DNA from: Mizuhopecten yessoensis
Lineage: Eukaryota
Reading direction: 5' to 3'
Length of the DNA stretch: 64,000 nucleotides
Assembly (NCBI RefSeq): GCF_002113885.1
Contig: NW_018404125.1
Location: 222,051 to 286,050 of the forward strand
The notes below the pieces were generated by a model that had not been told where the DNA came from, made no database searches, and worked only from the letters and a program-made list of their open reading frames with translations. Each line of letters begins with the position of its first letter. The first letter of the stretch is position 1. The translations under genes were made by a program, and so were the position numbers. Shown in pieces: positions 1 through 11,316 of this stretch.

Positions 1-550
1 AGAAGAAGATTTTTGAAATATTGGTTAATTTTCCCTTTGGGGCCCCACCCTGGCCCCAGGGGTTGGGGTAGGAATCTCAATTTTACAATTTGAAACCATC
101 TTCCTCCAAGGATAATTCTCACCAAGTAAAAATAATTTCCTACAGAAAGTTGTCAAAATATACCCAAAAGTGTTAATTCCCTATATAAACTATAGTAAAC
201 TTTACCCCCTCCCCAAGGGAGAATGAATTCCTGGGGGGTCCTGAAATTTACAATTTAAGTAAAGCCCCTGATGATTTTCTTTCCATGCAGAGAATATGAC
301 TGTAGTACCACTGAGTCTGGAGACGAAGATTTTTGAAATATTGATAATTTTCCCTTTGGGGCCCCGCCCTGGCCCCAGGGGTTGGGGTAGGAATTCCAAT
401 TTTACAATTTTGTAGCCTCATTTACCAAGGATGATTCTGACCAAGTTTGAAAAAAAATCCATCCATTGGTTCTTGAGAAGAAAATGAAAATGTAAAAAGT
501 TTACGCACGACGACGGACGGAAAGCGATTAGAATAGGTCACTTGAGCAAA
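1..550. mobile_element. Non-autonomous Helitron/Helentron-like repeat (partial) with ~320-bp internal duplication
   Basis: Block gaagatttttgaaatattg..ttttccctttggggcccc.ccctggccccaggg.gttggggtaggaat occurs at ~5-90 and again at ~326-410. It ends in aaagtttacgcacgacgacggacgga...ggtcacttgagc, a terminus typical of molluscan non-autonomous rolling-circle repeats (family assigned from recall only). Confidence 0.55.
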
Positions 551-1137
551 AGCTGTCTGATTAAATTATGATGATGCTGCTATTCAAAATATTTATAGTA
601 AAATTAGATGCCCTGTACTGCTCTTATTTTGTTTAGATATACTTAAATAGCCTCAAAGTGACTTGAACCTGAATGACTTTGACATTCACATTTCTGTAAA
701 GTAGAATTTTGAGTGCTAGAAAAGACTCCACTTTGAAAAGCTATAACAGAACTGTATATGGGGATCATCAACTAAACTTCTAAAAGCATTGACATACTAG
801 CTATTAACTGTGTTCTTATGTTGAAATAGACATTTTCAAATAATGCATTTTAACGTTTTTAAAAACTTAATTTTTTCTTTTTCTTTTCAGGCTTTTATAA
901 TAATTCATTTCCTCAGCCCATCAAATCATTGAGGAAACCAAGGGTTGTGGTGCTCTGGAATTTAACCTCAAACAAGTAATTATATAAGTATTTTTTTACA
1001 GTCCCCTTTACTTTAATCTCTTTCAGTTGTTATCCTATAAAACACAAAGTTTAAAGTAAACATTCAAACTTACACACCCAGCACGACAATGAAAACAAAT
1101 AACAGGTAAGCCCACAATTGTGTTGTTATTTCTATTG

Positions 1138-1664
1138 TCAGATACAACATAGAGTTGTAAACAAACTTACGTTAAGACTGGATTCTTACAGATACAACAG
1201 AGTTGTAAACAGACTTACGTTAAGACTGGATTCTTACAGATACAACATAGAGTTGTAAACAGACTTACATTAAGACTGGATTCTTACAGATACAACATAG
1301 AGTTGTAAACAGACTGGATTCTTACAGATACAACATAGAGTTGTAAACAGACTTACATTAAGACTGGATTCTTACAGATACAACATAGAGCTGTAAACAG
1401 ACTGGATTCTTACAGATACAACATAGAGTTGTAAACAGACTTACATTAAGACTGGATTCTTACAGATACAACATAGAGTTGTAAACAGACTTAGGCTAAA
1501 ACTGGATTCTTACAGATACAACATAGAGTTGTAAACAGACTTACGTTAAGACTGGATTCTTACAGATACAATATAGAGTTGTAAACGAACTTACGTTAAG
1601 ACTGGATTCTTACAGATACAACACAGAGTTGTAAACGAACTTACGTTAAGACTGGATTCTTACA
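1138..1664 (-). repeat. 50-bp minisatellite (11 copies, some 38/48-bp variants) whose unit is NOSIP exon 3' end + 5' splice site
   Basis: Minus-strand unit tgtaagaatccagtcttaac|gtaagtctgtttacaactctatgttgtatc; gatacaac recurs at 1141, 1191, 1239, 1289, 1327, 1377, 1415, 1465, 1515, 1565, 1615. Confidence 0.95.
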
Positions 1665-1697
1665 CGGCTGGAGTGTCAGGCAACAGCAATCAAACTC
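1645..1697 (-). CDS. NOSIP: NOSIP coding exon 2 (EFDCCCLTLQPCKNPVLT); gene continues beyond the left edge
   Basis: Acceptor ttgtcag| at 1698 and donor |gtaagt at 1644; 53 nt in frame with the previous exon; matches the conserved NOSIP U-box/RING-like DFDCCCLSLQPC..PV.T motif. Confidence 0.93.
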
Positions 1698-2124
1698 CTG
1701 ACAACCAAGAAACACAACTGAGAGCAATTCATCTGGAAAATTGCTATAATGCTATAATAACTTCAACCAATTAAATATCGAGGGAGACTCAAATTTTAAC
1801 CTAATTTTCAACTTTCAATAGAATGGCTTAACTATGGCACTTTATACTATTACTTTGTCAAGTACAGGTCACAGCAAGCATTTGTGAGACATTTTCAGAT
1901 TCTTCATATCCGTTACACTCCAACTAAATAAAAAAAGGTTGAAAGTGACTGTATTTCAGTTAATTCTGGAAACACTGGTTGTCTATTGTGTTAGTTGAAT
2001 GATCTGTAACAGGGATAACATGTAAGATTGCTAACTAAGGATCTCAAACTATGGTACATATCAAAGTATTTACATGTTGCAGTTGATAGAACGTGGATAA
2101 AAACGGGCTCTCATTACGATATAC

Positions 2125-2247
2125 CTTGACAGAGTCTTTGCCCAGTCTCATTTTGTTGGTGCCATAACCTGAAGAGGATGTATCTCTTTTCCTTTCATGG
2201 TAGGAGTACACAGTTCCTGCTGTGCAGTTTTTGGAATGACGTGTCAT
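2125..2247 (-). CDS. NOSIP: NOSIP coding exon 1 (nitric oxide synthase-interacting protein N-terminus)
   Basis: MTRHSKNCTAGTVYSYHERKRDTSSSGYGTNKMRLGKDSVK is the conserved NOSIP N-terminus; donor aag|gtat at 2124. The upstream acceptor ttttttcag|cag at 2271 implies a non-coding first exon. Confidence 0.95.
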
Positions 2248-4010
2248 CTTGCCTTCTTATCCAGTTTCTGCTGAAAAAATAATAAGAGCTAAAATTTCTA
2301 GGAGAAATATCTCAAAGCATTTATTTTAAGTTGCAGTAGAATCAGTTGCTGGTATCATATTTGTTAACCAGTAATGTTTTGTGCTATAGGATCAATGACA
2401 AATGCTGTGGACTTGATCGGGATCCAAGATCTCGACTCAATAAATCTAGATAGACAACCTACAAACTGAGCTACGTAAATTAAACCTGAAAGTATGCCAT
2501 CGACTTTGTCTAGATCCCAGACCAGTAAGCATTTTCACAAAGAATCGTTCTAATTGTCAGTATGTTAGACACTCAAAGTGACATACTTTCCCCTAATGGT
2601 ATTAGTATCTAAAATATTACATTATATACAAGCAAATGCTCCGGCCCTCTACAAGCACTACCCATAGTCGGATCCAGTCGGGGGTCAAGGTCATTTTCAT
2701 TCTCAAACTTTGTTGGGCTCTTACCAACAAAGCTATCTACCAGCCACAGATATTAAGGTCGGGGGCACATTCCCCTACCCCCCCAAAAAAAGGTCTCAAA
2801 GTGAATACTTTTGAAAGTTGATCTAATGTTTTCAATTTTTTGTTACTAGCTGGAATTGTTTTTTTCACAAGTGAATATACAAACTCAGAGAAAAAAAATC
2901 TAGCTTCGCTAGGCACTGAAGATAAAGTACATGTATTTAAACATTACAAGAACAGGACATTTCTGTCTAGCTCTACATTATCAGCAAATCAAAACCTACA
3001 TGAAATTCTTCTATAACTAGTTTGACATTCTCTTATGATTAAATAACAAAAGGTAGCAGATCTAGAAAAAGCACAGGTGTCAACCTCTGAAACCTTCAAT
3101 GAGAGAGATATCCCTCAATCCACATTTCCGATGAGGGAGAAAGTGCTTGAAATGTGACTGAAACTGCTCTACTCAATTTATCTTTCACTTTTCATGTATC
3201 AAAATAACTCCAAAAATCATTCCTTTATTTCTAACACGCCTCTTATGATCATTACACACACTCTGCAGTAACTAGGTCATTTGACCACAGGATCTAGATT
3301 TTGAGTTTGTGTGAGTTTGGACTTGAATGAGGGAGTTTCTAGGGAAAAGGTAAATTTTAATCAAAATGATGGAGTCTCCCTCTGATGAAGGAGGGTTGAC
3401 TGCTATGAGAAAGACCATATACAAATAATTTGGCAGACACTAAAAATCAAACCCAGAATATCTACAGTTCTGTTTCTCTTTACAGCTTGATTCATGTTTT
3501 ATGTTTTTCAGAGTGTGATTATAAATAGTTGTAAGGGGTTGGATACTAACTTTTTGTGCGTCAAAGTTTTATTTCATAAAAGACCAAATTGTCTCGCTTG
3601 GAAACGATATTTAATCATAAGTTAGTGGAATGGAACTGCTTCAAGTGCTAAAACAGGGTGTGTGGGAAAGTTATACATCAAATTTGATTAATTACATTAT
3701 AAAAATGCACCAGAGCGCTTCTAGATTTCATATTTCCCCCCAAGGACGGTATCCCTAAGGAGCTTCATACTTTCAGTGGTACCACACAGGCCTCTCACCT
3801 GTTGATTTGCACCACCTTCAGCAGGAGCATTTAGGGGAGAGTGGGGCAAGTTTGGCCCTGGGGTATGTCAGGCCACTCCTGATATTTAAAATGCCAAATA
3901 TTTTCCTTTATACTCAAGCAACATTAAGTATACATTGGATGGATAAATGAATTAGCAGATGTATAAGAGTGTTTGGGGTCCAAGGTTCGAATGCTAGCCA
4001 ACTCCATGTA

Positions 4011-4503
4011 CAGGGACCATAGAATTCGTTACAGCTATATTTGGACCTAAACGAAGGTGTTCAGCAGGTTGGGCACAACGGCGCATAATGGGTAATAATC
4101 CTGCATTTGGGTAACAATTTTATTACTGAAATGGGGAATAAAGTGAAATTAAAACACACGAAGTTCTTTTAAACACTTGGAGCAAAAAAGGGCGTCATTT
4201 TGTCAACTAAATCAAATAAATAACACAATGAAGTACATTTGTGCACAAAAAATATCAATTCTGATGTCAAACTTTTTATGAAAAGGACAAACCATATCAC
4301 TGACTTTGTTCTCCATTGACTTCACATCCAGTACAAATGTGATAGGTGAGCATGATTTTTTATGTGTGCTATTTATAGCTACTCTACAACACACTATAAG
4401 CAATGGAGGTGATACAATTTGCCATTTTCACAATTTTTTACATGTTTTGGGGGTTTAAATCGACTTTCGGTAAATACAGCTGTATCAAATTCCTAGGTCC
4501 CTG
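4011..4503. mobile_element. MITE-like element with imperfect terminal inverted repeats
   Basis: Left cagggaccatagaattcgttacagctatattt versus reverse complement of right end cagggacctaggaatttgatacagctgtattt; no clean TSD. Confidence 0.65.
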
Positions 4504-4608
4504 TGGCCTTCCGTTACAATATCTAGACAACAGAAGTCTGAACGCAGTGTTATGAACTGAAAAGTAAATTATTTGTTTAGGGATTGTCAGATAAACACAA
4601 ACACAGAC

Positions 4609-4804
4609 CTTCTATTCCGTTTCAACAGGTGCTTGAATTTTGCGACGTTTTAGCGTTTGTGTAAAACGTAAATTCTCTGCTACTTTTAGAGCGTTTGGTG
4701 ACATTGATCATGAGTACAAACTAAAATTCGTCGAGAAGAGGAATATTTCAGATGTAAATAAAAACGTGCATTGACCTTTTCCTGACAAAGAACAACATAT
4801 TACG
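4609..4804. promoter_or_regulatory. Probable bidirectional promoter / 5' UTRs of NOSIP and HIKESHI
   Basis: Candidate minus-strand donor gaag|gtctgt at 4609/4608 (NOSIP UTR exon) lies under 200 bp from the HIKESHI ATG at 4805; genes are divergent. Confidence 0.5.
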
Positions 4805-4834
4805 ATGTTTGGACTGATTATATCAGGCCGGTTG
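4805..4834 (+). CDS. HIKESHI: HIKESHI/OPI10 exon 1 (MFGLIISGRL)
   Basis: atgtttggactgattatatcaggccggttg|gtaagt; matches the MFG.L.AGRL N-terminus of Hikeshi; phase 0. Confidence 0.92.
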
Positions 4835-5554
4835 GTAAGTTGAACAATCTTGAATGAGCTAGATGACCAATCGTTTTGGGATCTAGACTAATACTTTCAA
4901 AACGAAACATTTTTTCCGGATTTGTTGCAAGAAAGTAGTTTGTTTACAGTAATTAGTGATCTGGTCAAGTTGTAAATCTGCATGGCGTAATACGTACATT
5001 TGCCATGTGTTTTAATATTTTACAATATACAATTTTGATTTGTCATTTTGCTTTGATTTGTATTAACTCCATTAGAAAATGATTTTCCAGAACTTTAAAT
5101 ATGACGGATGTCTTATCCTGGTGTTAGGGAATTCGAAACTCGGGCTAATTCACATGAAAGCATCAACAACATCAAAGACAATCACACAGAACATTTTAGC
5201 TTCACAACAGTACAGGAAAAAGACATCACCAAAATAGTATTCTTATGATATCTGCACTTGCCTAAATTACCTGATTTAATCCCAAGAAAAACTATCCTCA
5301 GAATTAAAAAGGCCCCAGGAGTAGATCACATCAGTGCAAAACTCATAAAAAGCAGGACAACACTCTCTTAGGTTGTCACCGCACATAACAAAACTTATTA
5401 ACACAACTATCACTTCTGGTTTCTTCCCTGGTAACTTAAAACGAGCACAAGTACAACCCATTTTCAAGAAAAAGGACAAATTTTTCGACCAAGGTTTTTG
5501 ATAATCTTTTATCTGCTTTTAGAAAAGGATATGGATTCCAAACTATACTTTTAA

Positions 5555-6767
5555 CAAGAAAATGCAGCTACTGGACACCAAATCTTTTTTTTTATGAAAA
5601 TGACTTTTTTAACTGACAGTCCAACAACCTGCAGGTTTAATAAATTGTTCATGGCATTAATTTTGCATTTAGCAGTATAATCACTGAATATTCAATGTGA
5701 CCGGGTGGAATGCTGTGTTGGGTGCCTTCGGCATGGTATTCCAGTTAGATGGCACTATAAAGTCGGCATCAGATCCACGCTATCACAAGGAGGCAAGCAC
5801 GCCAACATACCCTGTCTCTGCATACACACACGCAAGCGACGGATACACTACACACATGGAGGCATGTCCTTAAATGACCTTAGCTGTTAATAGGACGTTA
5901 AACTAAACCGCTCAATATTTGTCACACAGCACACAAATGTACAAGTTTGAACACACAAATGTCAACGATCAGGTAATAACATCTTCTGAGAAAGAGAAAC
6001 AGCGATTGTTACAAATATTTCTATTGATAATGTACCTCTGGATAAAATATCAACCGTCTTCTGGGTTTCTCGAAACTCTTACGAAGACACATTTCGCCAC
6101 AATGCTGGTTTTTGGTTGTTATCACATATTCATATTCGTTTTATACAAGTGAAATGAATAATTTGTATTGAACGGGAAAACCATGAAATTTTCTATTTCT
6201 TAAATTTTTTCACATCACACCATGCACATATTGCTACATCAGAATAGTGCGTGAATGTGTAGCGTATTGTTTGAAGCCAAGTTCTTATGACTTCACGCTT
6301 GACAACAATACAGAGCGCCATTTTGAATGGGTTTTTACTGCAATTTTGCCGTTTCCTGCTATTATCTGGTAAGATTTCCAGACAAAAATGATATTAATAG
6401 TGTCGTTATGTTAAAACAATAATGTATGCTGCATAGGTGGAACACACAATCACTTATTCTGCCGTCGCTTCATCTAAACTTGAAACTGAAAACATACGCA
6501 GAGAATAGAATGTACTGTTCATATTGGACCATACTAAAATATTTCGTATATCTTCACTTCACTGTTTTTATCAAATGGAAAATTCATGAAATTTCACTAG
6601 TAAACTTTAATAATTACAGATTCTGTAGGGTTTATTAATATATTTTTGAAGACAGTATGCAGCCTTAATTTCCCAAAAGGCTTTCACGCATGGGAAAGCA
6701 CCGGAAGTGGACAAAGTGTTTACAGATCAAACCCCAGCGGCGCTTTGCGCTACTTGGGGGTTTGAAA
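5555..6767. mobile_element. Insertion splitting the LINE; Helentron/HINE-like ends
   Basis: LINE reading frame is continuous across the removed block (...QTILL|KIIEDW...). Block starts aacaag and ends with GC-rich hairpin ccccagcggcgc-ttt-gcgctacttgggg followed by an A-run. Confidence 0.55.
5695..5908 (+). mobile_element. SINE 3' fragment (same family as 27722-28090)
   Basis: gtgaccgggtggaatgctgtg...tcggcatcagatccacgctatcac aligns by eye to the reverse complement of ~27850-27925; tail atgaccttagctgttaataggacgttaaac is typical of molluscan tRNA-SINEs. Confidence 0.7.
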
Positions 6768-8361
6768 AAATTATTGAAGACTGGAAAAAAAGAATTTGAT
6801 GAAAATAAGTATGTAGCTCTTATTTTAATTGATCTATCAAAAGCTTTAGACTACCTACCACATGAAATTCTACTTGCTAAATTATCAGCCTATGGTCTTT
6901 CGAAACCTTCACTAAATTTAGTAGAAAATCATTTAACTGACAGAAATCAACAAATTAAAATCCAAACCTCTTTCAACAGCTGGAGCAGTATCAGCTGGAG
7001 TGTACCCCAAGGCTCAAATTCCTCGGTCCACTTCTATTCAACATATTTATTAATGACATTTTCCTTCGTGCACAACACTGCCAACTATATAACTACACTG
7101 ATGACAATACCCTATCACATTCATCCTCAAATCTTAACGAACATATGTCTGACTAGATCAAGACACAAAAAATCTCATTCACTGGTTCGACATAAACAAA
7201 ATGAAAGCAAACCCTGACAAATTTCAAGCACTAGCCATAGGAAAAAAGACCCGGTCACAAAACATGTCTTTTAAAATCAATGACACCTCTATTACATACG
7301 AAGACAGTGGAAAACTACAAGGTGTTGATATAGATTCCCGGCTCTCTTTAGACTTGCACATCATAAACATTTGCAGAAAAGCCTCACAATAGCTAAATGT
7401 ACTTGACAGAATTAGAAAACACCTAATCAGACTAAATAAACTCACAATATTTCACACCATTATTCTTTCATGCTTTAACTTCTGCCCACTCTCTTAGCAC
7501 TTCTGCTCTGAAACAAATGTTACAAAAATAGAGAGAATTCAGTATAGGGCACTCAGATTTATCTATGATGACTTTTCTAGTTCTTACGATGACCTCTTGA
7601 CCCGGACACACATACCTACTTTAAAAATTAGAAGAATGAGACAAATGGCAATAGAAACATACAAAATTATACACAAAACTGCACCCCCATGCCTGCACAA
7701 CATTGTCACACCTAAAACCCAAAACTACAGTTTCAGATACACCAACATATTAGACAACCCACAAGTTAGAAATTCTACATACGGCATGAAATCCTACAGA
7801 TATACAGATACACAGATACACAGCAGCCTGTATTTGGAAAATTAATCTACCCCACACATTTAGGACAACAAATAACTTCACTCACTTCAAATCTTTAATA
7901 TCCTCATGGAACTCTTTAATATCCTCCTGGAACGGTACACAATGTTAATGTTCAGCCTCAACTCCATCACCCTCACTTCTACACACACTTCCTGTCTCCA
8001 TTTTAAATCTATTTTATCAGATCAGTGCTATAATTTATTGACTATATCTCACGAAATCTGTTTTTTTTTAAATAAGCTAGATGTATTGTTCTAACGACAA
8101 TGTGTAAAATGTGTCTATACTGATAATAGCTTGAAATCTGAAGTGTTTTTTTTCTCATTTAATATTTGTAATGTCTAAATGTTGATATATCAAACTTGTC
8201 CGAGTGTGAATGTGTTTGTATGTAACATGTTTGTCGGTCAAAAGCCCTATGGAGCTCATGTTATATGTTTTTAAAATGCCCACCGACTTTAAATATATTT
8301 TATCTTATCTTATCTTATCTTCCCTGATCTCTAAATCAGTAGAGTATATGTTATAGTAATT

Positions 8362-9232
8362 ATGTTTTGATTATAAACTTATAGCAGTTATCAGAGATGT
8401 TATACAGTTTATGTTTTGATTATAAACTTATAGCAGTTATCAGAGATGTTATACAGTTTATGTTTTGATTATAAACTTATAGCATTTATCAGAGATGTTA
8501 TACAGTTTATGTTTTGATTATGGACTTATAGCAGTTATCAGAGATGTTATACAGATTATGTTTTGATTATAATCTTAGAGCAGTTATCAGAGATGTTATA
8601 CAGTTTATGTTTTGATTATAAACTTATAGCATTTATCAGAGATGTTATACAGTTTATGTTTTGATTATGGACTTATAGCAGTTATCAGAGATGTTATACA
8701 GTTTATGTTTTGATTATGGACTTATAGCAGTTATCAGAGATGTTATACAGTTTATGTTTTGATTATGGACTTATAGCAGTTATCAGAGATGTTATACAGA
8801 TTGTGTTTTGATTATAAACTTATAGCAGTTATCAGAGGTGTTATACAGATTACTGTAAACTTATACCAGTTATCAGAGGTGTTATACAGATTATGATTTG
8901 ATTATAAACTTATAGCAGTTATCAGAGATGTTATACAGATTATGATTTGATTATAAACTTATAGCAGGTATCAGAGATGTTATACAGATTATGTTTTGAT
9001 TATAAACTTATAACAGTTATCAGAGATGTTATACAGATTATGATTTGATTATAAACTTATACCAGTTATCAGAGGTGTTATACAGATTATGATTTGATTA
9101 TAAACTTATACCAGTTATCAGAGGTGTTATACAGATTATGTTTTGATTATAAACTTATACCAGTTATCAGAGATGTTATACAGATTATGATTTGATTATA
9201 AACTTATAGCAGTTATCAGAGATGTTATACAG
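8362..9232. repeat. 49-bp minisatellite, ~18 copies, in HIKESHI intron 1
   Basis: Unit tatgttttgattataaacttatagcagttatcagagatgttatacag(t/a)t; ends in hairpin ttatacag-aaaa-ctgtataa about 120 bp before exon 2. Confidence 0.95.
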
Positions 9233-9355
9233 AAAACTGTATAATGCACAACACCATATTTAAACAAGTATTATTACACTGAAAGTTCACCCTATTCATC
9301 ACTATACCATGGCTATATATAATACCCTGGGCTGTGATGTCACCCTTTTTTTAAG

Positions 9356-9485
9356 GTTCAAACGGACCCGCAGCAGTTGGCCGAGACGCAGTTTGTGTTC
9401 AGTATCCCAGATGTGGACAACGTCAATCACGTGGTAGTCTTCCTCACGGGACAAATGGCGTTTCCAGAGCAACTAGGAGCTGCAG
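9356..9485 (+). CDS. HIKESHI: HIKESHI exon 2 (VQTDPQQLAETQFVFSIPDVDNVNHVVVFLTGQMAFPEQLGAA)
   Basis: Acceptor cttttttttaag| and donor |gtatat; 130 nt; conserved NHVVVF.tG..pFP motif. Confidence 0.95.
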
Positions 9486-10056
9486 GTATATACATATGAA
9501 GGTGTTCTTTATGAACATTATTATGTAGTTTACCTATTTGACTATGGAACCATACAGATAAAAAAAAATCAAATGAGCATATCTTACTGTACCAGGCTTA
9601 TAACTGAGCGTAAGCTTTATAATCAATGGAAAAATAATTTATGGCTAGTGGGTTTATTTACATAAAAAAAAATATATATATACACATCAATTATTTTCTG
9701 AAGTACAAATTGCCCAACCTTATATTAAGGATCCCTCTCTGGCTGAACTTTATTAATATTTTTATATAGAGTAACCTCCCCTTAATTTTGTTTTAGACCA
9801 GGACACTTCTGTTGACAAGGCAGCTCAGTCGTTAAAAGCAACAGAATAACAAGTTGAGGTCTAAGTTTTACACTTAGAACAATAATGTTGACTTTTCTTT
9901 TACCAGTATTTCATCTCTATTTTTTTTTCATAAAAGTCTCGCAGGGTCCTCTTTTCTTTTCAAATATGATTTATCAAAGTTATAGTGTTGCAGGAAAATA
10001 ATTGTCACCCTGGTAAAATACTAGGCGCTTCCTACCGTCTCGGCTCGGGAGAATTT

Positions 10057-10128
10057 CTCTATAGCTCATTCAGTAGAGCGTAAGAGTAGTTCGCCAGAGG
10101 TCCTGGGTTGACTCCTGGCGGAGGCATT
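10057..10128 (+). pseudogene. Degenerate tRNA-like sequence (tRNA pseudogene or SINE head)
   Basis: A-box-like tagctcattcagtagagcg and B-box-like gggttgactcc with tRNA spacing; acceptor-like pairing ctct/ggagg; cloverleaf not intact. Confidence 0.4.
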
Positions 10129-10210
10129 GAAAAAATTATGACCTCTGTTGCATTAAGTTTTGAATGCGTATTATGAAAAGTTCTTTTTTACACAACCAAT
10201 AAGATTTTCT

Positions 10211-10268
10211 ATGTGACCTTTCGATGACTAGAACAATATGTACGCTGTCACCTTCATCAGACAAATGA
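10211..10268 (-). ncRNA. Minimal type-I hammerhead ribozyme motif (degenerate) in PLE pseudo-LTR
   Basis: Minus strand: tttgt CTGATGA a ggtgac..loop..gtcatc GAAA gg TC aca; core boxes and stem II intact, stem I shortened. Confidence 0.7.
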
Positions 10269-11083
10269 GCAGTGAAGCATATGCATACAAAGGTGTAAAA
10301 TGTGTAAAATATGTACTAGTTGTCCACAAAATCGATGTCGTTTTGGCTACGCTGCAAGTGTATGTACAATAATTGTTATAAATATACTAAAATGACTCGA
10401 TTCTGCTACGCTTTGTTTAATACTTGATCATAGATGTGCGAGAGTCTTTGAGCCCCCTCATCTCAATTTAGAACTGGCCCACTGCTGTGTATCCAGATGG
10501 CTTCCTTTATCTGCCACTTGGACAGATTGCTCTTTCTGTCCAATGCTTTGGAGTTATCCAAGTCGATCACATGATTTTTCTGTGCGGCATGGTCTGTGAT
10601 TGCCGATCTTTTTATCTGGGACCCCGACTGCTTCTTTTTTGACCTGGTGAATTTCCTACCTTTTTGGGTTTCTGTATCTTTCCGGTGTTCACCGAGACGG
10701 ACCCCAAAATGCCTTTCAGTCTCTCCAATATACGATGCGTCACAGTTTTTTTTATCCGATTTTGTATATGCATTCTGCAACGTTTTCTTTGTGTGTTTTT
10801 ATCCTTAGGGTGTACTAGGATAATTTAAAGCGTCTTGTTGGGCTTCATGGCTGTTGCTATGCCATCTAGATATGCCGCAGTGGGCCAGTTCTAAATCGAG
10901 ATAAGGAACTCAAAGACTCTCACACATCTACGACAAAGTATTAAACAAAGCGTAGTTGAATCAAGTCATTTCGGTACATATATAACAACTATTGTACATA
11001 AGCTTACAGCGTAGCCAAATCAACATCGATTTTGTAGACAACTCGTACACATTTTACACCTTTGTGTGCATACGCTTCACTGG

Positions 11084-11141
11084 TCATTTGTCTGATAAGG
11101 AGACAGTGTACATATCGTACTAGTCATCAAAACGACACAAA
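11084..11141 (+). ncRNA. Decayed hammerhead motif in the second pseudo-LTR
   Basis: tttgt CTGATaA ggagac..gtcatc aAAA cg aC acaaa; homologous to 10211-10268 but with several core mutations. Confidence 0.5.
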
Positions 11142-11316
11142 GAAAGTCTATTGGTTGTGTAAAAAGAACTTTTCATAATCCATACTTACCAACCTGAAGA
11201 AAATGTTCAGAAATTTTGAATGCATAGTTTTAGTTTTTTAGGTAGTGGGAGCTCGAGGGGATCTTTAAAGTAAAAATATTAATGAATCTTTGAAGATAAA
11301 CCATATAGGGTATGTA

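Larger units (their letters stand above)
5145..8321 (+). mobile_element. Decayed CR1/L2-group LINE (RT region and 3' UTR), interrupted at ~5555-6767
   Basis: Frameshifted RT motifs: FRKGYGFQTILL / IEDWKKEFDENKYVALILIDLSKALDYLPH, VPQGS, MKANPDKFQ, GVDIDSRL; ends in a (TCTTA)n tail at ~8300-8321. Confidence 0.85.
10171..11213 (-). mobile_element. Penelope-like retroelement remnant: GIY-YIG endonuclease fragment between inverted pseudo-LTRs, 13-bp TSD
   Basis: ORF 10780-10463 has C..SYIGETERHFGVRLGEH..SAITDHA..NH.ID..IKEAIWI (GIY-YIG of PLEs). 10171-10485 is the inverted copy of 10877-11178. Flanking direct repeat ttttgaatgc(g/a)ta at 10158-10170 and 11214-11226. Confidence 0.9.

Noticed and set aside
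11181-11195. atacttacc resembling the U1 snRNA 5' end (also acttacctggca at ~21705)
   Set aside because: No U1 body follows; these are a PLE terminal motif and a reverse-complement donor-like sequence.
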